Source: Camelus ferus
Lineage: Eukaryota
Length of the DNA stretch: 64,000 bases
Assembly: GCF_009834535.1 (NCBI RefSeq)
Contig: NC_045707.1
Coordinates: 51,958,001 to 52,022,000, forward strand
Direction: 5' to 3'
Of the stretch, positions 1-13,330 are shown in pieces (positions within the stretch are counted from its first letter, which is position 1; each line of letters begins with the position of its first letter). The translations under genes and the position numbers were made by a program. The notes under the pieces are model-generated. The model had not been told where the DNA came from and made no database searches. It saw only the letters and a program-made list of their open reading frames with translations.

Positions 1-2094
1 CATGATATTTTCTCCATATATTCCCAAATACAAAACTTTGTCTCAAATGCTGTTATTAATTTTGGTGTCATTGATGTTTATGATATGTGAATGTATGAAT
101 GACAAAAGTATTTAAAGAAACTCCAGTAGGAGCCTGGCAGCTCTTTATTTTTGAGTTCGGAATAATCTTACTAAAATAAGTGGCTACAGTTTTAGTTAAA
201 TGTGCATACTATAAAGATGTACTATTCAACTTTGTTCTGTGACATGAAACCCTCCCTACATCTATAGAACTACACGAAACTATTTAGCAAAGTAAAATGT
301 TAAAAGCTGATAAACTTCTGAATGCTAACTGAACCAACACAAATAGAGAAAGCCTTATCCTAAACTGGAATTTAGCTTATTATACCTATGATATATTAGA
401 ACAGGAAGGGGTGACTTCTGTGTGTATTTCCCAAAAGTTAAAGATGTGTTTCTAAGGGGATGTTCTTGTCAGAGTGAGTAGGGGTGTGAGACAGAAACCA
501 AGCACATTGCTAGTCACAGTGAGCTTAGGAAAACTGAAGAAATATTTTAGAATGGGATATGGGGGCTTCAGATGCTTCTCAGTGTTTTATTATTGTGTAA
601 AGAGACTCAGTGAAACCTACTGCGGTACTAGTATTTTTCCATGTCAAAAATGGCTGTGAGGATAGGTGGAGTAGCCAGGACGTGTGACCTGGAGTGTGGT
701 GTACCTGCTGCTGTATTTGGCCTGGAACACAGACTTGTGGAACCATTAATGGGTTAATCACAGGCTCAGGAGAGGAAATGGTGGCTGAGCTTCACAAGAG
801 CACTTGTGAAATGTGTTCTAATTTCTTTAGAGTATTTGAGAGACTATTAGAAGAATAAAGGAGACGGAGAAGAAAGACTGAGTACCCAAACAGTAACTTA
901 AAGTGCATTCTCTCTTATCCTCAGAGGGATTGTAAAAGGCAAAAAAATGGAAGAGAGGAAGGAGAATAGAGTCCTCAAAGAGTACTTTTAAGTGCTTCTT
1001 TTTTCATGAATCTTACAAGAACTGAGGAGCAGGAGTTTAAAATCAAGGTTTCCCTATGGATTCCTCCATTTTACATGCTTTTTCTCTCCTTCATAGAACA
1101 TTTTCCCTCCACTCACTTAACAACAACAACAAAAGTCAGCTTACTCACAGCCTTTCTCCCCAATAACTTGTAGCTCTAATTTAAATCTACAGAAATGTGC
1201 TCTCTGAAACTGTATTCACTCCTGAGAGTCAGAGTTTTACAGTCCAGTGACTTATGAATGCCAAAGGATAAAGTGATTTAACATCTTTCATCCTTTTTTT
1301 TTAAATTATTATCACAACTGGCTCTTCTGAAAGTCTCAACCTATGTACAAAAAAGGGCACAAGTAGTAAAAAAGAAAAAAGGAATAACTTCAGGGAACAT
1401 ATTTTATTTTCTTTCAGAATAAGATAATACCAATAGATAACGAAACAATTCACTTCATGTTTAGGTATGGGGAAGAATTGACAGTAGCTTACAAATCAAT
1501 CCTTTAATTTACATTTTGGTTTTAGATGAATATAACAAATATGAAAATCAGGAGGTGCAGTTTCACTTGTCAAATTGTAATAAAAATTTTTATTGCCGTA
1601 ACCTCCTATTAACTTTTTCTACCACAATCATGTTAGTGTCTCTTGCCTCCTTGAAGGGTGCATTCACTTACCCTGCTATCTAAATCTACTCAGCTTTCAA
1701 GTCAGGTGCTAAAATGTGCTTTACTTCATCTTATGGTGAGTTCATTGCAAAATATATTACTATAATTTCATTTTATTGGTTGCTGTTAAATATTTAATAT
1801 TTATTGAGTGCCCATGATATGTTTGATGCTTAAAAACAATATGTAGGAAGAAAATACATAATGATATTTCTCCCAAATCAGCCAGTTTATTAATATTTCA
1901 AGATTCCTAATTGGTGCCCACAGAGGAAGACAATTAAGGCTTACTCTTTAGTGGTTACTTACGTGCATGTAAGGCACAAAAAGTCCTATATGCAGTCAAT
2001 AAATTGCATTCAACTTTACTGAGGATCCCAGACTAATCATCTAGTTATTTTCAAATTCTCCCTTAACTCTGTTTCAGATGTCTAACTGCCATTA

Positions 2095-2310
2095 TAGACA
2101 GAGCATTGGATTGGGAGTAAGACAAACTGGTTTAAACCTGTTAAGTAAGTGTGTGTAGGCTCATTATCTCCTCTATACCTCTATCCCATCAGTGCTATAA
2201 TGGCCTTAACAGTGTCTACTTTTCAGATCCTTGTGGATAGTAGAGAGCATACATATTAAGTAACAAACATATAGTTTGTGTGCATAATATGCTCAATAAA
2301 CAGTACCTAT
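2095..2310 (+). mobile_element. MIR SINE, degraded
   Basis: 'agagcattggattgggagtaagacaaactggtttaaacc...tatgctcaataaacagtacctatt' follows the MIR layout from head to tail; boundaries approximate. Confidence 0.65.
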
Positions 2311-3647
2311 TTTGAACACATTTTACCATAGTTTCATATACAGAATGTTCCATTTCAAGTCACCCTTACTCTTTCTTCAACAATGTATGTGTGTCAGTGT
2401 GCGTACATGTGTAAGATCATAGATCCATTTGTTTAACAGTTTTAGTAATAAAAATTATGTATTGCGTATGTAGTTATTGCTTAGCACTAAAATACTCTAT
2501 AGAAGTTCTAAAGCATTACCCGTGCATAGATAAACTTGCAATTTAAGATTAGTTTGAGAAATTAGTTGGCATATTTCCCATGGATTTCAAATAGCTAAAT
2601 TATCAACTATAACTTACCAGGGAAAGCAGATAGAACTATACCTCATGTTCCCACTTTTTCCTTCTCCCAAAGGAAATGGAAATAGAAGAAAAAACAGTAA
2701 TTCCTCTTGCTCATTATAATGTGCTTATTGCCCCTTTCATTTGCATTTCATTTTGCTACAGTGACTTGTATAGGGAGATGGCCTCAAATTCCAACTGCAT
2801 GGAGTAGTTCAAGCATACAAATCCACCCCTCAAGTAACAAAACAAATATATGGAAACTTTTATTAAAATAAAAGACAGCTTTTGCTTTGAAAAAATGCTA
2901 AACATTTTTTGAATGAGAATGAAACTGTCAAATGCGAATGTTAAATCCAACCAGATGTTGACCTTAACTGTGAGTTTGAATCTTTACAAAAATAGTATGC
3001 AAATCCAAGCCAGAAGCTGCTTTCTTTAGGTGACAAGACTGCTGAAATATCCTGAGTCTGAATTTCTCAGCTATATTTCATATTGATTTAAGCATATACA
3101 GAAAACCTGCTTGAATGTTACGAGTAATATGGGAGAGAAATTAAGCATAACACAACTTGGTCTATGTACCGTTGTATTGGAATATATAGTTGTAAAAAAG
3201 TCCTCTTTATGAAAGGGAACCACCAAGTAATTATTTTGAAAGTGGGTCACAGGAAAGTATCTAGCACATTCTAACAAGATCAAAATGTGGGCACAAAAGC
3301 AAGTACCTGATGAAAGGGCATTTTTTTTTCCCCTTGTCAGTGTCTATTGTCAGTGCTAATCCTGTTTGAAATATGAGTTTGCCCACTCACCAATAAGCAG
3401 AAGATTTGGGTATCTAACTTCATTTTCCAAAAGATCCTTGAAGTTCTTGATCTACTGTTTTTTGATTCCCAGCTTTGGATATTTTGGCCCAGTACTTAAG
3501 GAGATTGGACTCTATATTCTAATTACAAATCAGTTTTCTAATTTGTACAAGTGTATGTGGAGGTGTAATAATAATATTCATATGGTGATGTGGAGTGAAT
3601 ATCAAAATATTGTAGAATAGTATTACCGGGACTTGTTCATATAAGTA

Positions 3648-3882
3648 CAGTTGACCCTTCAACAACACAGGTTTGAACTGCACAGACCCACTTATATGCA
3701 GATTGTTTTCAATAATAAGTGCTACAGTACTACATGATCCGTGGTTGGTTGAATCGAAGGATGTGGAACTCAGCATATAGAGAAACCGTCCTCCATGTAT
3801 TTGGAACGTTGACTATAAGTTGTCTGCAGATTTTCTTGGAGGGCTGGTACCCCTAGCCCCCAAGTTATTCAAAGGCCAACTA
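3648..3882 (+). mobile_element. Tigger2-family MITE (TcMar-Tigger; MER8/Tigger2a-like)
   Basis: Starts TA|CAGTTGACCCTTCAACAACACAGGTTTGAACTGC and ends with the degenerate inverted repeat GTTATTCAAAGGCCAACTA; similar to the copy at 32380. Confidence 0.85.
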
Positions 3883-4304
3883 CGCTAAAAATAGTAGAGT
3901 ATTATTGTTTCTCTCATGACATCACTGTCTCCAGGCCCACCCATGATACTGGGTTTCCTGTTACTCAGTTTAATTCCCACACCCCCTTTGAGGGTCCCAG
4001 ATTTGTGCTCACCTACATTATTCTTCTACCCATGGTTTCCTCCAGACAAATATTCTTTACTAAGCTCTGCCCCTTGGACCTAACCTTAAACAGCTTAGCC
4101 ATAATCCATTGAGGTGTTTTTTCCCTCAGCAAGTTCTTCACAGGAAAATAGATATGTTTAAGCTTAGTGAGTCTCTCCTTACATCTGTTGTGTACCAACA
4201 AACAAACAGTAAAGGAGACACAAAGAAAGTACTGGTGTACTTGTGGCAGATAAAACCTCCTCAGGCTTCTAGAACAGAGGCTTTCTTCTATGAATGGCCA
4301 ACCC

Positions 4305-4683
4305 ATGAAACTGAATTGCCTCTCCCTAAAATTCATTTGCTGAAGTCCCTAACTCCTAGTACCTTAGAATGTGACTGTATTTGGAGACAGGCTTTTTAGA
4401 GAAATACTTAGTTACAATGAGATCATGAGGGTAAGTCCTAATCCAGTATGACTGGTGTCCTTATAAGAAGAGGCTATTTGAACACAGATATGTACAAAGG
4501 GAGAAGCATGTAAAGACATTAGGGAAAGACAGCCATCTAAAAGCCAAGGAGAGAGGCCCCTGAAGAAACCAGCCCGCCTGACACCTCAGTCTCAACTTGT
4601 AACTCCCAGAATTGTGAGGGAAAAAATAATGTTCCATAAGCCATGCAGTCCGTGGCACTTTGTTACAGCAGCCCTAGTAAACA
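4305..4683 (+). mobile_element. MaLR solo LTR, MLT1B-like
   Basis: Contains 'gaatgtgactgtatttggagacagg', 'cctaatccagtatgactggtgtccttataagaagagg' and the 3' end 'tttgttacagcagccctagtaaac', typical of MLT1B. Confidence 0.85.
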
Positions 4684-5109
4684 TTTTAGACTTTGTGGAC
4701 CCCAGGAGTCTTCTGTCACATGTTCTTCCTCCACTTCTCTTTCTTCACATTCATCCTTTAGAAAATGCAAAACAAAACAAAACAGCAACAAAAAATAAAC
4801 AGATATTCTTAAGGGCCATATTTGTCCATAGACATAGTTTGCCAACCCTTGTTCTGGAACATAAAAGGTCTTTAAAAGCCTTCCCAGTTTGGGCAAATGA
4901 TAATCCTACACTTCTGTGTTCTTGCACAAGATTAGCTTACCTTATGGATAATACCACTGACTTTTCACCTAAAAATAGAACTTGACCATTTTCTTCTGTT
5001 AAAATTCTTCCAAATACCTCAATTTAATGTGTTTTGATTATTTTACATGCCCTCTTAAAGGATCTTTTAAAATTTTAGTGTTAGAACAGCATCTGAAAAA
5101 AATATATAA

Positions 5110-5370
5110 TAATAATAGCAGTTTGCACTTGCTGAGTACATTCTGTGGACTAAAGTTATTCTGAACACTTAACATGCATTTTCTCATGTTAATCCTGCCA
5201 GCAACTGTACAAGTTGCTGCTGTTATAATCATTTTACTGATATGGAAATTGGGGTATAGAGAGATGAAGTAACTGCTCATGATTTTTCAGTGTAAATAAC
5301 TTACATGAATTGTGAAAGTTTGAATATAGATTCTTTGGCCGAGAGTCAGGCATTTAACCACTCTACCGTA
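5110..5370 (-). mobile_element. MIR SINE
   Basis: 'cattttactgatatggaaattggggtatagagagatgaagtaactgctc...tttaaccactctac' resembles the reverse-complement MIR core. Confidence 0.65.
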
Positions 5371-6974
5371 ATGGCTCTCAGATCATGGCAGTTTTATGTT
5401 TACTGTAGGAACAGCTGTGAAAATGTCGAAAAGTACGTATCAGGTAGCAGTTCAGGTGAAATTAAGGGGAAATGGTACAGTGCTTATTTTAATCCTACAC
5501 TTTTATGTAAATGAAGGAGGTATGGTATTTTTTTAAGTTAATATGTAATTTGTTTGTCTTATGGAGGATATGATCTATCTCTTTAGGACTTTTTTTCTTC
5601 TTAAAAATATCATACAGTGGAAGAATATTGATAAAGTAATTCTATCATAGAAAACAAAATGAACAAAATGGTATAAGTTTGAACCTCATAGGAATTTCAT
5701 ACTTAATTTTGCATGTAAATATGTTAATATTTAATTTAATAATTCATATTATATGAGGAAATCCATGAAAAACAAAACTGACAACTAGATATAAATACTC
5801 TATTATATCTAGTCATTTTAACAGTGTCAACAGGTAGTAGATTTGAATGTGTTTGAACAAGAACCTGTCTGAGTGAACACTTTGCCAGGTGGCACTTCTG
5901 TTTTAATTTTAAGAAGCATATGTTGTGTACTGTTTGAATTTCTAGGTTGTCCTTTTTAATTTCATCAATACATCTGATACGCCTTCAGTATTTGTGTAGA
6001 ACTGAATCATATTTTCTAGCCAAATTTGAATTGGTAGAACATCTTTGAAAAGAAAAATAGGCCAGCACTCCCATGTGATGTAAGTACAGTTGACCTACTT
6101 CATAAATTATTCTTCTATCATCTCATTTACATGCAGAATCCTTATAATATTGTCAGGTGTTTATATGTCTAATAAGGAAATACAATCAACATAAAGTGTA
6201 AAGCTGTCAATCACCTGCCAACATTGATCAGTGTAAATAATCAGTCTTAATAGTTCTACCTTTTAATTATAATTTCTACTAATTAAATGTATATGCCTGT
6301 GTGTATGATGAATCTTAATAAAACAGTGTAATTGTTTAGGAAATTATTGTAATAAACCCTGTTATTTTAGGCTCTGATAGTTTCCCGGACACGTAGACCA
6401 AAACCAAAGTAAAATTTCTTTGCCTGTTTTCATTGAAATTGGGGCACAACTGTGGTGTTCTGTTATTTTGGAATTACTCCGGGCCCTGAAATACACAGAA
6501 ATTAGAGCATTAATCCAACTCTGGATTATCTCGCAGCTCTCTTCCACCCTTCTTTTACTTAGCGTTACTCCTCACGAAATGACTGAAGTGTTAGAAAATG
6601 TTCTACCAGGGATTTTTTTTTCTCCTTTGGATTATCTTTGTGAAGATCTAGGAAAAGGAAAATCTTTAGGATAATTGGTAGAATTTACAGGAAGAAATGA
6701 CGTTTAGCATTGAAGAGAAAATGATTATATCTAGATTGTCAGTTGAAGTAGGGGTGGGCAAGATCTTGAGAATAATCCTGGGAACTGGCTATACACCCCA
6801 AAATAATTCTCTGGAGTGTTTAAGTTATGTATTCTCCTTTGACTCTGAGAACAGTTGTATTTGTTACTAGCTTCAAGTCTGGTTTTCATTTTTTGACCCC
6901 TTACAGCTGTCTTCAAACCTTTGATAAACACCCACATAGACCACAGCATAGAGTATAGACTAAATCTACACTAA

Positions 6975-7390
6975 AGGAAAAATCTTAATCTACATATATG
7001 TGTACATAAACAGATAAAATCATGGATAGGCAGACATGTATCTGCAGACCAATATATATAGCCCAACAGATATGCAAACAGGGACAGGCTGGCAAAGACT
7101 GGGAGACAGATTGCCAGATAGGAACTGGCAATGGGATGGGGTGATAGACCAATATACAGGGATAGACAAACTGACAGCCAGCCAGAAACATACCACTGAG
7201 AGATATGGATGAATAGACAGATAAGCACAGACAGACAGACACAGACACAGAGATACTGAACAGACAAGGAGAGACTGAGGCTCGGACTCATGCTCTGACA
7301 TGGATGGCAGGTCTGGTCACTAAAAGGAATAGATATAAACATAGATGTATGTGTATACACACACTTTACAACTACACACTATACACTAGA
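6975..7390. repeat. Degenerate purine-rich simple repeat (GACA/GATA-like units)
   Basis: Many imperfect 'agac', 'gata' and 'acag' units, e.g. 'cagacagacagacacagacacagag'; this low complexity explains three overlapping minus-strand ORFs. Confidence 0.7.
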
Positions 7391-8408
7391 ATTACCTTCT
7401 ACATCCATGAGGCAAAATGCTGTAATTATTTGTCATTTAAGGATCTTTCTAAAGTATATTCACCTATGTGTTTTTCCCCACTACACAGATGCAGTATAAA
7501 GAACCATAGATAAGTATGTAAACATGCTTTGTCATTCCCTTTACCTAGTACTTCTGTCTTTGGTAAGAGAAACAAATAAAAATAGTCGAGTTATTGTGAG
7601 GTTGCTGTTGAAATGTCACCTTAAGCTCTTTTCAAACTCTGTAATATAGGAGACGAGTCAGAACTCAGACAAGAAAATGATCAATTTTCTTTTTCCAGGA
7701 GAAGCAACAATTATAAACCAAACAAAAGAACAAAACATTTGTGCTTCGAAAGCATTATCAATGTCAAAACTGTTACTGCAGCCTCAGTCTTTTGCTGTGG
7801 GTCACTGAAATTCCTTCTAAGTTATAAAAGCACTTGATAATTTTTGCTGCAATAAAATGAGAAAAGCAAGAGGAAAACATAATGGTTTTGTGATTGGATG
7901 GAATTTTAACAACTTGAATGGATAAATATCAAACTTCTAGTCATGTAGAAAGTTTTGATTGTTGCACTATATTTAACTGTTGATTTATTTGAAATAGACT
8001 CAGTCCTTCAAAATGTTTTAAAATTTGTAAGAATGTTTAAAGAATGACAAAGTCTAGTAGTTACTGAGAAGCTGCTGTTAGAGGTTTGGAAGGATATACA
8101 GACTATAATTAAATGTTTTGTCAGATTATTATCATTAGGTAAGTACTTTGCATGTAGTATATTGCTGGCACTTGTAACCACCCTCTATTTTCAGTGGTAG
8201 GTGGGCATAATCAACCAGTCCAAAACTTTAAACAATCTTTCATATTATTTTGCAGCTACTATTGTGAATCACATCTGGTACTTTTACAAATTAATACAAA
8301 CAAAACAGAGATTTGTGTTTTCCTATGAGGTTATTTTTTTGAGGAGAGGGTACTTTCCTTTTTATTTTGATCTTTGAAAAGCATATATGGTTATATAATA
8401 AGCCCTCC

Positions 8409-8835
8409 TTTTAAACAACTTTATTGAGGCATAATTTATATACCATAAAATCCATCAGTTTTACATGTCTAGTTCGACTACTTTTAGCACGTTTACTGTT
8501 TGTGCAACTATCACCACGATCCAGTTTTAGAACGTTTTCATCACCATAAGGAGACATCTTGTGTCTACTTAGAATCACTCTCATTTCTCACCCCAACCCA
8601 AGGCAAACTCTAATCTACTTTCTGTCTCTATATATTTGCTTTTTCTGGACATTTCATTTAAATGGACTCAGGCAGTATGTAGTCTTGTATGTCTGGCTTC
8701 TTTCACTTAGCACATTGTTTTTGAGGCCAATCCATGTTGCAATGCCTTTTCGTTGCCAAATAGTATCTCATTCTTTGGACATACCAAATTCCGTTTGTCT
8801 GTTAACAAGTCAATGTACATATGGATTATTTCTGA
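8409..8835 (-). mobile_element. L1 3' end fragment (L1MB/L1MC-like)
   Basis: 'aactttattgaggcataatttatataccataaaatccatc...ttttctggacatttcatttaaatgga...tggcttctttcacttagcac' matches the antisense 3' end of old L1M elements. Confidence 0.85.
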
Positions 8836-11199
8836 GTATACTTTTTATAATTATTCACTAAAAGAGTGAAGATTTTTTATTTTTTCTAGGATTCTCTATT
8901 TATAGCATAAATGTGTGCTTGGAAACTTAATGTTTCAATTAATTAATATTGAGGTTTGCAGGACTTCTTTTTGAAAAACTATAAATGAAGCAAAGCTAAC
9001 TAATCAAAAAATGCTTGTATGTAGAAATATATTAAGGTGATGCATAATGATATATTCTAACCTGGTAAGTAGGCCTAGGTTACTTGTTTTAAATATAAAT
9101 AACCTATATTTACTTGCTTTATATATAAAATGCATCTCAAAATAACAATATACAAATACAAATACACAGACTAGTAAATTTTATTATTTTGCCTGCTGGA
9201 TTCTTGTTTTGGATAGGAAAAAAAAGCTCTTGTAAAAGGTTTAATTTTTTCTGATTAAATAAACTATTATAGAAATGTAAAATGTACAGATAATTAGATT
9301 CATTGAACTCTTTTGTTTGAAACAGATTTTCCATTTAAAATGAACTTTTTTCTATTTCTAGAATTTTTTAATGCTTAATCTTAACTACTACCATGAATTA
9401 CTATGTGAGAATTGTTTAAGATTCAATATTCAGAGTTTGCTGATTGAATAAAAACAGTTTAGGTAACAATTTCCAAATCATATGGATGACTGAGGCCACC
9501 TATGGGTTAGCCGTGATATCTCTAAGGCTCCTGTCATCTTCTAAATTTACCAATGTCCCAGGCAGCTTGCAAACCTTTCTAGAAGGACTTAGACTTCATG
9601 ATGATCTTTCTCCTTCACTTATTTGTGATTAATTGACATAGGACCCTGTCTTTATTCATAATTTTTTATTTTGAAATAGGTAACTTGGATATGAAGCAAA
9701 ATTCATTTGACTTTTAAATCGATTTTATTTCTGCTAAACACAGTGAATCAGAAAACCAAAAATATGGTTTACTGCAACACTTTCTATTAGTTTAAGTGTG
9801 CAAAATGCACATTCTTTCCAAGATACTTTTCTTTTGTTCATCTGTTAAGTATGCACTTCTCTAAGTTTTATTGCTTGCCTTCCTTTCAATTTTTATCTTA
9901 TATTTGCTCAGACTGGGTGGTTTCATCCATTGCTATACCTTCAGTTCCATATAAGACTAATAGAACTCTCATCATGACTTTTTTCCTTTTATTCTGACCT
10001 TGTAATTTAGTGTTCAGTTTCCAATAGAAATTTCTGTTTGTAAAAAAACACTATAAATATTTATTCCAGAAAATATAAAGAAAAATAGTGCCTCTATCAG
10101 TTAAGAGAATATAAATATTTTTCTGTTTTGTAAGCTTTTGGACTATGATTATGATTGCACCAGAAACACAGATTTTGGATCTAATTCAATGTTTTGTCTA
10201 CCATCATTAGTCTCATGGATGCTATAAAACCAACCTAGTCTCTTTCTGCTACTAACATGGCCCAATTTTGGTTCAGTTGAAATTATTTTGGAAATGGATC
10301 TCATACTAAAGCAGTTTTCCAATAAATAAAAATAAATGTCTGGTATCTTTTAATTTATTAACATGAAATATTTTTATTTTAATTCTATAAATTATATTGT
10401 TCAGTTTTACCACCTATTACAATTTGAACTGCTTTTCTAAAGTAAGTACCATATTCTGTCAGTTATAGAAATATAGAGAATTAGTAGCAGAGATAAGTAA
10501 AGAATTTCTTTATTTGGCTTTGGAATTTGTCTTTTTGAACTGAAATAGTAATTTTATTGTGCTTTATATTTTAGAAAAAAAACATTGACTAAAATTATAA
10601 AATTACAAAGTTAACATTATGCTTGAAATCTGGTGGAACATCCCCCGTACCCACTCTGTCTCAATTTAACTCAGTTGCTGATTCTCAGAAACAATCTAGA
10701 AAGGTTGTCACACACCATCCTAAGAAGCCACACAAACTATCTCATTCTGATACATGCACATGCCCACTACCCAGAAAGCACTATTTCTGTGGGATTATTT
10801 TCTTGATGACCCTTATATATCCATGGATAAAAAATGTAATGAACTTTTTTGGGTAAAAAGACATTTTCTAATAGCTTTTACACTGCAGGCATCATTTAAA
10901 TAAAAACTATTGTGATGACATTGAAGGCATGGTTATATCAAGAAAACTTTGAGTATAAATTTTTAAATTGCACTGAGTAAATAACTTAAATTACCACATG
11001 TGCAAAACAGGACTGACACTTAGAGTAGAATTTTGAGGTTCCTCAACACAGCCATCTTTTCTTTTTAACAGATCTTGCCCTGCATCTCACCAAATTAACA
11101 TGGGATAATTATGACCTTGTGTAGTTTACTACAATAATAGTTTCTCTTCTCCTAAAATCTAGAGTAGGGTTATAGAAATTCTGATCAATCATAATTTGG

Positions 11200-11475
11200 T
11201 GCCCAAACTGAGTAGTCAAGCACAGCAGGAATTTGGCAGCCATTGGGTGGCTGTGTGCAAATGGGACAGAACAAGGCAGTCTGCAGAGAGCAGTATGGTA
11301 GACTGAAGCACAGGGAAGTGGAGATGAAACACCCAGTGGTCACAGAGCTGGAAGGAAGACATAGTGATCATCTGAAGAGCTTTTCTGGGTCCTGGCTGAA
11401 TTCACTCACTGCTCTTAGATTCTGGGAACCATCAAGTACCCCTGTGTCATTCTAATTGACTTGAAGTAGGCTCTT
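11200..11475 (+). mobile_element. Possible old MaLR LTR fragment
   Basis: GC-richer island with MLT1-like phrasing; subfamily not determined. Confidence 0.3.
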
Positions 11476-11739
11476 AGCACTATTGCCAATCACACTAACC
11501 TCCTCATTACTGCAATATATTGCTCTCTCAGAAAATTATTTCAATAGTTTTTTTTTTCCCCTTAAACCTGTAACAACTCTCATTTTCTTCTTTCTCTTTT
11601 TAATCAGATTTTTCATCTCCTCTTCAAGAGGCAGGATAGTATCACAATACAGGATGCTCAGAAAGACCCTTGTCTCTGAAGCCAGTGATGATGTCTTTGA
11701 GACTCAGCTCCATTTATTAAAGTGATATATGATTTATAT

Positions 11740-13330
11740 CTTTAAGTATTCTGTGCTCCCTTGATATGTTAAGAATCCAGAGAGGTGAATTTAAATATTC
11801 TCTATTAATGTGTTTCTTTTTCTCCCTGTATTCCCTATAGAATCCTTTTTGCATTTTGAAGCATTTGTTTGATATGTAGATGTTCTTAACTATTTTATCC
11901 ACAGTGTTACTTGTACCCTTTAATGTTGTAAAGAGCCCTGATTTGTTGCTGAATTCACCCTCGTTTGTTACTGATATAGTGGACTCTGCTTCTTTATGTT
12001 TGAATTGCCTATGTCTCTGCACATTAGAAAAAATCTTTACGAATTACTTTGTTTCACATTTATATCTCCTATACAGCAGAGAATTAGGATACTTTTAAAA
12101 TCTAGTATGAAAATCTTTCTCTTTTAAAAATTTAGTTTAGCCAATTTAAGTGTAATGATTTTGGTGCAAACTGTTATCAGAAAGGTGAGGAATGAGCATA
12201 CTTCCTGCTTCTTTACACTCTTTTCTCCAGTGATGTTGTGTATGTCATTTCTGCATTAAGGCACACAACACATACATTCTGTTCTTAACCCCAAATCTCA
12301 CATTTGTTTTAATCTTATATCTATGGATGAATGTGTAAAATACCTCTACATTACTTAAATCCCCAGAGGTTTTTCTAATAGACTTTTGATTGACTGATTA
12401 GAACTTGGATCAAAAACTGTTCATAGAAATATTTCTTGTATATTCAAAATATGTTGCTTTTGTTCTTGAAAGATTATTTGACTCTGTATATACAACTCCT
12501 TGAATCATAGTTCCTTTCCTTGAATATTTTTATTTTTACATTTTGTTTTCACAGTGAAGACTTTTCAGAAGAATTCTGAGATTAGCCATTTTTTTCCTCT
12601 TAATCTAAATATAAGGATTTTTTTTTTTTTGCCTAATTTTCTATAGCCCCATTTTTATAGGATTTCATGTTTGATGTCAGGTAATTTTCATAGGGTACAC
12701 TTTTGTGTTGACAATTTGGGATGATTTCCTGGGATATAATATCCTCTTTTCAATATGCACTTTCAAGCCCTCTTTTGCATTATATATTAGCTTTGTCATT
12801 GTTTCTATTTTTTTTCAATGGATATCCACTTACACAAATATTGGCTCTCTTTATGTCTTCATATCTACTCTTTTCTCTCTAATCCTTGTTAAGCCTTCAA
12901 AAATTTACATTTCTTTTGCTTATTTTCTATTCTCAATATTCTTTTTGATTTTCTCTTTATTAATCTTTTATATCTATTATTTTTCAATAATCCTTTTTAA
13001 CTCTCTTTTTACAAACTTTGTTTATTTTTACCCATTTTCTATTCTGCATATCCCCTTTGATTTATTTATCATTTCAACTCTTTCTAAACCTTACCAGATA
13101 AATTGCACCTCTTTCATTGTCTTAACATTTCTTCCTTGAGATAGTAGAATTTTGATTTGTATTAATGTCCGTAGATGGAATTGACTGTTAGTTTTCATGT
13201 TTCATGGAAAATATTTAATAATCTACTCTAATGCAGTTATTTCATAGGGTAGTTAATCTGTCATTTTTCTCTTGTTCTCATCTTTTAGTTTTTCTTACTT
13301 TTTTTGAAACTCATTCTTTTGTTATACTTA
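11740..13330 (-). mobile_element. Old L1ME/HAL1-like fragment
   Basis: Long T-rich tract with 'ttcttgaaagattatttgactctgtatatacaactccttg...gaagaattctgagattagcc', resembling antisense L1 5'/ORF1-region sequence; explains the F/I/L-rich ORF at 12705. Confidence 0.5.

Noticed and set aside
2735..2840. Plus-strand acceptor-like site (ttttgctacag) with a short open frame
   Set aside because: Weak donor and no recognisable peptide; cannot be supported without transcript data.
6085..6097. 'tacagttgacc', matching the Tigger2 TIR start
   Set aside because: Only about 11 bp match and there is no partner TIR or internal sequence.
12705..13139. 144-aa hydrophobic ORF resembling a membrane protein
   Set aside because: The F/I/L richness comes from a T-rich antisense L1-like tract.
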